Origin: Candidatus Kuenenia stuttgartensis
GTDB lineage: Bacteria; Planctomycetota; Planctomycetia; Pirellulales; UBA1268
Assembly: GCA_943332855.1 (NCBI GenBank)
Contig: CALQRA010000003.1
Location: 1-56,106, forward strand
Length of the DNA stretch: 56,106 nucleotides
Reading direction: 5' to 3'
A program made the position numbers and the translations under genes. How positions within the stretch are numbered: position 1 is the first letter of the stretch; each line of letters starts with the position of its first letter. Under the pieces are notes generated by a model. It was not told where the DNA came from. It searched no databases and saw only the letters and a program-made list of their open reading frames with translations. Of the stretch, positions 48,929 through 56,106 are shown piece by piece.

Positions 48929-49064
48929 GGGGGGACGCCCCTGCGCCTCGCCGGACGCTCGCTTCGGCCATCCATGGCTTCTCGCTCGCTCGACGCCGGC
49001 CGCGCTTCGCCCTCCTATCCTGCGCTTGCCGACGGCGCCGCCTCGGCTGCAGGGACGTCCCCCC
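48929..49064. mobile_element. MITE-like element B (136 bp, 16-bp terminal inverted repeats with 1 mismatch)
   Basis: GGGGGGACGCCCCTGC ... GCAGGGACGTCCCCCC. Contains GCCATCCATGGC, its left ~50 nt align with the reverse complement of element A, and it is flanked by TC on both sides. Confidence 0.65.
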
Positions 49065-49100
49065 TCCCTGGCAACACGAAGAAGTGGAAAGAGAACTGTG

Positions 49101-49154
49101 TGGTTAAAATTGCCAGGTATGGCAGAATATGCCTTGGATTGGTTTTTATGACCT
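49101..49154. promoter_or_regulatory. Three candidate PspF upstream activator sites
   Basis: TGGTTAAAATTGCCA (49101), TGGCAGAATATGCCT (49120) and TGGTTTTTATGACCT (49140): all TGG-N9-CCW with AT-rich cores, spaced 19-20 bp. Confidence 0.65.
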
Positions 49155-49175
49155 TTTTTCCCGGGGAGTGCTCTC

Positions 49176-50183
49176 TTGCGTGTCGAAGAGGCGATCGGTC
49201 GCTCGGAAGCGTTCCTGGCGTTCACGGAGCGGCTCTCCCGGGCCGCGGCCGTCGATCGGCCGGTCCTGCTGATTGGCGAGCGGGGGACCGGCAAGGAGCT
49301 GGCAGCGGCCAAGCTTCACTACCTCTCGCGGCGCTGGGAGGGGCCCTTGGTGGCCCTCAATTGCGCGGCGCTGGTGCCGGCGCTGGTCGAGGCGGAGCTC
49401 TTCGGGCACGAACAGGGGGCGTTCACCGGCGCCACCCGGGAGCGGGCGGGGAGGTTTGAGGCGGCCGATGGCGGCACGCTCCTCCTCGACGAAATAGGCC
49501 TGGTGCCACTCGAGGCCCAGGAAAAGCTCCTCCGGGTCGTGGAGTATGGCACGTTCGAGCGGGTGGGGAGCTCGCGGCCGATGCGGGTCGACGTCCGCAT
49601 CGTCGCCGCCACCAACGCCGATCTCCCCGCCCTCGCCCGGGCCGGGCGTTTCAAAGAGGATCTCCTCGACCGGCTGTCGTTCGAGGTCCTCCGTGTGCCG
49701 CCGCTCCGCGAGCGGCGGGAAGACATTGCCATCCTCGCCAGGCACTTCGCCGGCCGGATGGGGCGCGAGGTCGGGGGTGATGCGGCGCCGGAGCTCACCC
49801 CTGAGGCGCGCGCGAAGCTCGACGCCCACCCTTGGCCGGGCAACATCCGCGAACTCAAAAACGTTGTCGAGCGGGCGGTTCACCGGGCCGACGGGGGGCC
49901 GGTGGGCGCCGACTCCGTCGACTTCGATCCCTTTCGGCGCCCCGGTGAGCCGGTCGCCGGGCCAACCAGTGGCCCTTCTTCAGTCGATCCGCCGGCGGTG
50001 CCAGGCCGCCCCACGCTCCCATCGTCGCTGCCCGAGGCGGTCGCCAGTCTCGAGATCGAGGCCCTCCGGGGCGCCCTCCGGGCCACCCGTCACCATCAGC
50101 GGAAGGCGGCCGCGCTCCTCGGCCTCAGCTACCATCAGTTTCGTGGCCTGTTCCGCAAGCATGCGGCGCAGCTCGAGGAATGA
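49176..50183 (+). CDS. pspF: Psp operon transcriptional activator (sigma54 bEBP lacking a receiver domain)
   Basis: '[11 protein letters not shown]', '[15 protein letters not shown]', 'LLLDEIG', '[14 protein letters not shown]', PspF-type HTH '[19 protein letters not shown]'; no N-terminal sensor; divergent from pspA. Confidence 0.93.
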   Translation: MRVEEAIGRSEAFLAFTERLSRAAAVDRPVLLIGERGTGKELAAAKLHYLSRRWEGPLVALNCAALVPALVEAELFGHEQGAFTGATRERAGRFEAADGGTLLLDEIGLVPLEAQEKLLRVVEYGTFERVGSSRPMRVDVRIVAATNADLPALARAGRFKEDLLDRLSFEVLRVPPLRERREDIAILARHFAGRMGREVGGDAAPELTPEARAKLDAHPWPGNIRELKNVVERAVHRADGGPVGADSVDFDPFRRPGEPVAGPTSGPSSVDPPAVPGRPTLPSSLPEAVASLEIEALRGALRATRHHQRKAAALLGLSYHQFRGLFRKHAAQLEE

Positions 50184-50278
50184 CCGCAGGGGGTCGAAGC
50201 GAGTCCCAAAGCGACAGGGCCGCCCCGGAACATGTCCGGGACGGCCCTGCGAGGATCATGCCGTGGGGGGCGGCGGCG

Positions 50279-50953
50279 TCAGCCGGCGCCGAGACGCTGC
50301 GCCAATTCCTCGAAGCGAGCGGCAAAGCGCTCGTGGGAGGTGTGGAGGTGCTCCCCCTGCGAGATGAACCGCATCCGGTCGTCGCGCCCCAAGCCGAGGT
50401 CGGCAAAGACGCGTTCGAAGGGGCTGCGGGCATGGGCGTAAACAATCAGCAGCTTGTGCTCGTCGAGCTGAACCTCGATCGGCCGCTCCGGATGGAGGAC
50501 CGCGATCCCGGTGCAGCCGTCGTCGAGGAGGAGATTCTCGAAGTCCCAAAGGACGCTCTCGAGCACCGTCCGCTCGACCCCTTCGCGGGTGACCTCGACG
50601 GGTGAGCCGCCGTCGCCATGGCTCGATTCGAGAACGACATCGACCGTGTCGCCAAGCGGTTCGAGGAGGCCGAGGAAGGCCTCGAAGAGATCCTCGCTCG
50701 AGACGGCACCGACCAGTGCCGGCAGCTTGGCCCCGCCGGAGGGATCGACGTAGGTGTCGAAGCGGTACCCGGCCTGGGGCACGACGTCGAGCTGCCAACT
50801 GGGGCGGACGGCGTCGGTGAGGGTGAAGCGGCCGTAACGACGGCGGGCGAGATGGGCCTCGAGCGTCGCGCGGTCGGGGGACGACACATCGGCGATGGTC
50901 GGGGCACGGCGGCCAGACTGGGTGGCGGCGAGGTAGTCGTCGAGGAAGCGCAT
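50279..50953 (-). CDS. Conserved hypothetical protein (planctomycete-type); start uncertain
   Basis: Protein-like sequence 'YGRFTLTDAVRPS...GYRFDTY...DTVDVVLESSH...LLDDGCTGIAV...EVQLDEHKLLIVYA' in ORF 50279..51220. Confidence 0.7.
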   Translation of the reverse strand: MRFLDDYLAATQSGRRAPTIADVSSPDRATLEAHLARRRYGRFTLTDAVRPSWQLDVVPQAGYRFDTYVDPSGGAKLPALVGAVSSEDLFEAFLGLLEPLGDTVDVVLESSHGDGGSPVEVTREGVERTVLESVLWDFENLLLDDGCTGIAVLHPERPIEVQLDEHKLLIVYAHARSPFERVFADLGLGRDDRMRFISQGEHLHTSHERFAARFEELAQRLGAG

Positions 50954-51157
50954 GATGGGGGTGCAGAGGAGAAGTGCGGTGATGGGAGGACCGTCAGGGA
51001 CTTCCCTCGGCGGTTCGCACAAACCTAGGCCACGCTGGCCCGCCGTGCGCCGCCGGCCCCCCCACGGCCGCGGATTCCCCGTGGCCCGGCGGCGGTCGTT
51101 GCCCTCCAGCCACACGACCCGCATAATCCGCGCTTCGCCACCACCAGGAGACGCCTC

Positions 51158-52630
51158 ATGGACGGGAAAATCGTCGCCACCGGGATCACCTTCGACGACG
51201 TGCTGCTGGTTCCCCGGCACTCCAGCGTCGTCCCCGCCGAGGTCGATGTCGCCACCCGCCTGACGCGCGGGATCGCCCTCAAGATCCCGATCGTCAGCTC
51301 ACCGATGGACACGGTGACGGAGAGCGAGATGGCGATCGCCCTGGCCCAGGAGGGGGGGCTGGGAGTGATCCACAAGAATCTCTCCGTCGAGCGCCAGGCG
51401 GAGGAGGTCGACAAGGTCAAGCGGAGCGCCAACGGGATCATCGTCGATCCTGTCACCCTTCCCCCCACCGCGACGGTGGCCCGGGCCCGCGACGTGATGG
51501 ATCAGCACAACATCTCCGGGGTGCCGATCACCTCCGACGGGAGGAAGCTCGTCGGCATCATCACCCGCCGCGATCTGCGGTTCCTCGAGAGCGGCGACAC
51601 TCCGATCTCCGACATCATGACGGGGAGCGGCCTGGTGACGGCCACCGGCAACGTCACGCTCGACGAGGCCGAGAAGGTGCTGATGGCCAACAAGGTGGAG
51701 AAGCTCCTTCTTGTCGATGCCAGGGGGCATCTCACCGGGCTGATCACGATCAAAGACATCGACATGATGAAACGCTTCCCCCACGCCTGCAAGGATCCGC
51801 AGGGGCGGCTGCGGGTCGGGGCGGCGATTGGTGTCTTCGATTTCGAGCGGGCCGAGAGCCTGATAGCCAAGGGGGTCGACGTCCTCGTCGTCGACAGTGC
51901 CCACGGCCATTCCGACAACGTCATCGAGACCGTCGCGGCAATCAAGAAACGCTGGGCAATTGAGGTGGTTGCGGGGAACGTGGCAACCCGGGAAGGCTGT
52001 CGCGATCTCATCAAGGCTGGCGCAGATGGAGTCAAAGTCGGGATAGGTCCCGGGTCGATCTGTACCACACGGGTCATCTCCGGTGTCGGCGTTCCCCAGA
52101 TCACGGCGGTCTGGGAAGCGGCGCAGGAGGCGGCCGGTGCCGGCGTGCCGGTGATCGCGGACGGAGGGATTCGCTACTCGGGAGACATCACCAAGGCGAT
52201 CGCCGCCGGGGCCCATTGCTGCATGCTCGGCGGGTTGCTGGCGGGTGTGGCGGAAAGCCCGGGCCAGACGGTGCTCTACCAAGGGCGCACGTTCAAGGCC
52301 TACCGCGGCATGGGATCGCTCGGGGCGATGGTCCAGGGGTCGAGTGAACGCTACCGGCAGCGATCGAGCGGGCGCGGCGGAGACAAGTTGGTTCCGGAAG
52401 GGGTCGAGGGGCGTGTGCCCTTCAAGGGACCCTTGAGCGTGTTCGTCTATCAGCTCGTCGGCGGCCTGCGGGCCGGGATGGGCTATTGCGGCACGCGGAC
52501 GATCGATGAACTGCGGCGCGATGCCCGGTTCATTCAGGTGTCGGCGGCCGCCGTGCGGGAAAGTCATCCACATGACATCGTCATCACCCAAGAAGCCCCA
52601 AATTACAGCGCTCATCCGAAGCAGGAGTGA
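51158..52630 (+). CDS. guaB: IMP dehydrogenase
   Basis: '[10 protein letters not shown]', 'SSPMDTVTE', CBS pair, '[14 protein letters not shown]', '[10 protein letters not shown]', 'VPEGVEG'. Confidence 0.97.
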   Translation: MDGKIVATGITFDDVLLVPRHSSVVPAEVDVATRLTRGIALKIPIVSSPMDTVTESEMAIALAQEGGLGVIHKNLSVERQAEEVDKVKRSANGIIVDPVTLPPTATVARARDVMDQHNISGVPITSDGRKLVGIITRRDLRFLESGDTPISDIMTGSGLVTATGNVTLDEAEKVLMANKVEKLLLVDARGHLTGLITIKDIDMMKRFPHACKDPQGRLRVGAAIGVFDFERAESLIAKGVDVLVVDSAHGHSDNVIETVAAIKKRWAIEVVAGNVATREGCRDLIKAGADGVKVGIGPGSICTTRVISGVGVPQITAVWEAAQEAAGAGVPVIADGGIRYSGDITKAIAAGAHCCMLGGLLAGVAESPGQTVLYQGRTFKAYRGMGSLGAMVQGSSERYRQRSSGRGGDKLVPEGVEGRVPFKGPLSVFVYQLVGGLRAGMGYCGTRTIDELRRDARFIQVSAAAVRESHPHDIVITQEAPNYSAHPKQE

Positions 52631-53642
52631 GTGGCGCCGCGGACGGCTTGCCGTCGGCGGTCTCTGTGCCGCCCTCGTGGCCGGCGCCGGGCTGCTCCTG
52701 GTCGGGCGCGGAAACGGGGCCGCCACCCCCGTCCCAATCCTCGCCCCAACCTCTGTCTCGTCCCCGGCTCCACAGACTCCCGAGGAATCCGAACTCGTGG
52801 TGTTCCCCGAGCGGCCGGAGATCGAGGCCCCTGCGGAGCTCCTCACGGCTGGGATCCTCCTCGTCTCCGGGGCGTCCAACTCGGCCGCCGATGCACCGGC
52901 GGCCGAGATCGTCCTCGCTGCCGGCACGAGCCTGGAAGGAGTCGGCGACAACGACCACGGGATCATCCTCGTCTCCGCCGGGTCCACGGAGGCCGATGCG
53001 GTGATCGAACCGGCGATCGACCTTTCCGAGGTGCCGGTGATCGCGCTGGCAGACGAACCGGCTCCTCCCAATCCCCTCCGCGACCGCGACCGGGGGCAGG
53101 CCGGCAGCCGTCTCCGTTCCCGCGATGCCGGGACGGCGCGGCGGGATGCTGCCCGGAAGGATCCCTGCGGCGAGGCGTCGAAGGCCTGCAGCGATGCCCT
53201 CCAGTTCCTCCGTGAAGACGACATCGCATCGATCGACCTCGACATCCGCGTCGGCGGCACGCCCGGGAACGACTACCCATGCGAGTGCCGTCTCGAGGGC
53301 GAAACCTTCCAACAGCGCCGCTTCGCCTCCATGACAATGACCTGGAAGGCGGCCGGCTACTGCCACAAGCCGCTCTACTTCGAGGATTGGGAACTGGAGC
53401 GTTACGGCCACTCCCGTGGGATGTTTCTCGATCCGTTCATCGCCGGAGCGCACTTCTTCGTGACGCTGCCGATCCTCCCCTACAAGGCCGGGATGCAGGC
53501 ACCGTGGGAATGCGTTTATCCGCTCGGCTACTACCGCCCCGGCAGCTGCGCTCCCTGGACCGTCCCGGGGGTGCCTTACAGCCCACGTGGATTCGCGGTT
53601 CAGGCGGCCACGGTCACCGGCTTGGTCTTCCTTCTCCCCTGA
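52572..53642 (+). CDS. Exported hypothetical protein with a planctomycete-type conserved C-terminal domain; start uncertain
   Basis: Hydrophobic N-terminal segment, acidic linker, and C-terminal '[23 protein letters not shown]...[15 protein letters not shown]...[15 protein letters not shown]'. Confidence 0.68.
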   Translation: MTSSSPKKPQITALIRSRSEWRRGRLAVGGLCAALVAGAGLLLVGRGNGAATPVPILAPTSVSSPAPQTPEESELVVFPERPEIEAPAELLTAGILLVSGASNSAADAPAAEIVLAAGTSLEGVGDNDHGIILVSAGSTEADAVIEPAIDLSEVPVIALADEPAPPNPLRDRDRGQAGSRLRSRDAGTARRDAARKDPCGEASKACSDALQFLREDDIASIDLDIRVGGTPGNDYPCECRLEGETFQQRRFASMTMTWKAAGYCHKPLYFEDWELERYGHSRGMFLDPFIAGAHFFVTLPILPYKAGMQAPWECVYPLGYYRPGSCAPWTVPGVPYSPRGFAVQAATVTGLVFLLP

Positions 53643-53684
53643 CAGCGGTGCACGTCGTCGCGGAGGCGGCCACGGCGGCGGGCA

Positions 53685-54434
53685 CTACGGACCGGTTCGT
53701 ACGGTGGCCAGGTACGCGTACCGGCGGGCAACCGATTCGATCCGGACATCGGCTCTGCCCGACCGACCGAGCTCGACGAGGGCCTGGTGGACCTCCGGCC
53801 ATTCGGCGGCCTGACGCCCGAAGAACCAAGCCCTGAGGCCGGCGGAGAACGCCGTCGGCAGATCGCGCTGATCCCAGTGGTCGACGATGAGGATCACGCC
53901 CCCGGGCACGAGGTTGGCCATCGCGGCCCGGAGGGCCTGCTGCCAGGCGGGCACCATCGACAGGCAGTAGGAAAAGAAGATGGTGTCGAATCGTTCCTCG
54001 CGTCCGAACATCCGCCGGGCATCGAGGTCCTCGGCCAGCCCCTGACGGAGGACGACCCCGGCCCGCCCTGGTTCGCGGCCGGCCACGCGCCGGATGCTCC
54101 GCTCGGCCGTGGTCAGCATCGCGTGGGAGGCGTCGAGCCCGTAGAGCCGTCCCGGCTCGCGCCGCGCCGCGAGTCGGAGCAGGTTGCGGGCGGTGCCGCA
54201 ACCGACCTCGAGGGTGGCGGTCGACGGACCGGTGATCACCCGGTCGAGAAGTTTGTCGCATCCGAGGAGCGTGTAGCGCCGGGTGACGTCGTAGAGATGG
54301 CGGCCGTAGCGGTACTTGCGGTCCATGGCCAGAGCCTGCGCCGCGATCCACGGGCCGGGATTATTGGACGACGACCTCGGCCAGCCCCCAGGCGGCGGAT
54401 CGGGACGGGAGCCGTCACGACCCGCCCGGCTCAT
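53685..54434 (-). CDS. btaB: SAM-dependent methyltransferase of betaine lipid (DGTS) synthesis
   Basis: 'MDRKYRYGRHLYDVTRRYTLLG', 'LEVGCGTARNL', 'FDTIFFSYCLSMVPAW', 'VDHWDQ'; ATG overlaps the btaA stop. Confidence 0.85.
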   Translation of the reverse strand: MSRAGRDGSRPDPPPGGWPRSSSNNPGPWIAAQALAMDRKYRYGRHLYDVTRRYTLLGCDKLLDRVITGPSTATLEVGCGTARNLLRLAARREPGRLYGLDASHAMLTTAERSIRRVAGREPGRAGVVLRQGLAEDLDARRMFGREERFDTIFFSYCLSMVPAWQQALRAAMANLVPGGVILIVDHWDQRDLPTAFSAGLRAWFFGRQAAEWPEVHQALVELGRSGRADVRIESVARRYAYLATVRTGP

Positions 54435-55750
54435 GCCACCCCCGGTTTTCCGTCCTCGGCGGCGTCGGCAAAGCGATAGAGATGGAACATCCCGTAGATC
54501 GCCGAGCGGTCCTGAAGATGGAGTTGGCGGGCCTCCTCCTGCTCGTAGACAAACTTCGCCCGCGTGGCCGGCTCGAGGGACGTTTCCACCGGTGACTTCT
54601 CCCCGGCGGTCCTGAAGATCACCCGCGTACCAGGGGCACCGACCTTGGCGACGTGATCCCACAGCTCCTCGATCACTGGCGGCGGCATCCAGTCCTGGCT
54701 GTCGAGGAAGATGAAGCTGTTGAGGGCGCCTTGCTTCTCCGTCCGGAGGTGGTCGGCGAGCGAGGCGACGTGGGTCTCGACGCGGCCGACCATCGACTTG
54801 ATCGTCTCGTAGTTCTCCGGCTTGAGGTAGTCGGGGAGGGCCTTGCGCCCGTCGTGGTCATAGCGGCGACCGAAGGCCTGCCAAGCGAAATAGTTGTCGT
54901 CCAGCGGGAATCCGCAGGCGAGACGGCGGACACGGTCGCGGTACATGTCGAACAGCTTCGAACCGTTGTTCTCCTGCTCCGCGAGCATGGCGGCGTGCTG
55001 GCTCGGGGGGATCCCGAGGCTGTACACCGCCACTGGCTGGCGGCCGAACCAGCGGACGATCCGATTCTGGAACAACGGATCGAAGAGCCCGTCGAAGATT
55101 TTTTCCTGCTCCGCGACGCTCTTGGCGGTGAGGAGTTTCGCCGGGTCGCGGCCGAGGGTCTTGGCGAGCCCGTGGACGACCCGGAAGAATTGCCCGAGCT
55201 TCGACTGTTCGTAGTAGCCGCGGCGGAAATAACTGATCCGCTTCGGCCCCACCGCCCGCCCGGGCCAGTCGGTTGTCTCCCAGAATGACCGGGTCATCGG
55301 GTCGAGGTGATTCCGCAGGTAGCGCTGATAGTTGGTGACGTTTTCCGGGTGCTTGCCGTAGCCGAAGAACTTGTAGAACGCGTCGTAGTCGGGGAGGTGC
55401 TCGAGGGCGGCGAGCTTCAGCCGCGTCACCGCCATGTGATTCGCGTTGAGGTCGACCGCGACGATCCGCTCCGGCCTGTGGATGAGGTAGTTGAGGACGT
55501 TGCAGCCGCCGCTGGAGATCGTCATGATCCGCGATCCAGGCCCCATGTGGAGGGCCTGGGCGTCGACGCGCGGATCCTCCCAGATCTGGTTGTAGACGAA
55601 GCCCTTGAACCAGAGGGTGAACATCCGCTCGAGCATCCCCCGCCGGCTCGTCGCCTTGTGGTGATGGACCGCCTTGCGGAGATGGGCCGTGGTCACGGCG
55701 TGGGCCGCATCGGCTTGGGAGGAGGCGGGCCGGGCTGCGGAACGGGCCAT
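54431..55750 (-). CDS. btaA: SAM:diacylglycerol 3-amino-3-carboxypropyltransferase (DUF3419 family)
   Basis: 'FVYNQIWEDPRVD', 'TISSGGCNVLNYL', 'AVDLNANH', 'DDNYFAWQAFGRRY', 'FLDSQDWM', 'DRSAIYG.FHLY'. Confidence 0.9.
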   Translation of the reverse strand: MARSAARPASSQADAAHAVTTAHLRKAVHHHKATSRRGMLERMFTLWFKGFVYNQIWEDPRVDAQALHMGPGSRIMTISSGGCNVLNYLIHRPERIVAVDLNANHMAVTRLKLAALEHLPDYDAFYKFFGYGKHPENVTNYQRYLRNHLDPMTRSFWETTDWPGRAVGPKRISYFRRGYYEQSKLGQFFRVVHGLAKTLGRDPAKLLTAKSVAEQEKIFDGLFDPLFQNRIVRWFGRQPVAVYSLGIPPSQHAAMLAEQENNGSKLFDMYRDRVRRLACGFPLDDNYFAWQAFGRRYDHDGRKALPDYLKPENYETIKSMVGRVETHVASLADHLRTEKQGALNSFIFLDSQDWMPPPVIEELWDHVAKVGAPGTRVIFRTAGEKSPVETSLEPATRAKFVYEQEEARQLHLQDRSAIYGMFHLYRFADAAEDGKPGVA

Positions 55751-55887
55751 GGTGATCGGGGCTCGCAGGGAAGGGGGAACCAAGCGGAGAACGAGTGTAC
55801 CGCACGCCGGCGAGGCTGCGGAGGGTGGGCCACGAAACGACCCCGCCACCGAGGGGCGTGTGCGGGCCCGCGAGTCGTGCCCCCAAG

Positions 55888-55966
55888 TGCCCGCAGCCAG
55901 GCAGTTGCCCGCAGCCAGGCGGTTGCCCGCAGCCAGGCGGTTGCCCGCAGCCAGGCGGCTGCCCGC
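55888..55966. repeat. 18-bp tandem repeat (TGCCCGCAGCCAGGCGGT-like)
   Basis: 4 near-identical units plus 7 nt, just downstream of a minus-strand stop at 55972 and upstream of btaA. Confidence 0.93.
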
Positions 55967-55971
55967 GCCGG

Positions 55972-56106
55972 TCAGCGGCTGATGTCGGTCGGCACGGGCG
56001 GCCGCGACGGGGCCGGGGCCGACTGGTCGATCGCCCGGGTCAGCGAATCGATCGTGGCGGTCAGGTCACGCCCGAGCGCACCGATCGCCTTCTCCTCGGT
56101 TGCCAG
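55972..56106 (-). CDS. 3' end of an unidentified gene running off the window
   Basis: Open frame LATEEKAIGALGRDLTATIDSLTRAIDQSAPAPSRPPVPTDISR* ending at TGA 55974-55972; too short to assign. Confidence 0.5.
   Translation of the reverse strand: MATEEKAIGALGRDLTATIDSLTRAIDQSAPAPSRPPVPTDISR

Noticed and set aside
52561-52577. AAGTCATCCACATGAC resembling the CATCCATG hairpin
   Set aside because: Lies inside guaB coding sequence (ESHPHD) and has a 2-nt insertion; likely chance.

Overview
A very GC-rich bacterial chromosomal segment of mostly housekeeping and envelope genes, most consistent with Planctomycetota. That assignment is inferred from several Hanks-type kinases, coiled-coil OprO/P porins, an HTH-receiver regulator and several planctomycete-type hypothetical proteins. 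In order, the window holds: a partial FtsX-type permease, a GT9 heptosyltransferase, a duplicated DMT-like membrane protein, a Uma2 nuclease with a frameshifted orphan antitoxin, queE/queC/queF, a TIM-barrel protein, a HemN-like radical SAM / polyprenyl synthase / chorismate-lyase-like trio, an HTH-receiver plus histidine kinase pair, a split hopanoid cluster (shc, hpnH ... ispH, hpnC, hpnD, hpnE, hpnG-like) interrupted by ROK/sufE/rhodanese/ettA, an OmpR-type two-component system followed by porin / Cys-rich protein / porin, SulP, guaA, surE, a Ser/Thr kinase, a glutaredoxin-like protein, a HAD hydrolase, ilvD, a phage-shock locus, guaB and the betaine-lipid genes btaA/btaB. The best candidate for an undescribed system is the sigma54/PspF-controlled operon pspA - pspC - (PspC-PspC-Ser/Thr kinase fusion), which has no pspB. 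Its -24/-12 promoter and three phased candidate enhancer sites are readable, and they are separated by a ~136-bp inverted-repeat element that has a relative at 44.2 kb. The window also has a family of intergenic CATCCATG hairpins and several short tandem repeats just after stop codons. No tRNA, rRNA, CRISPR array or transposase was recognised. All family assignments come from motif recognition by eye, not from database searches.
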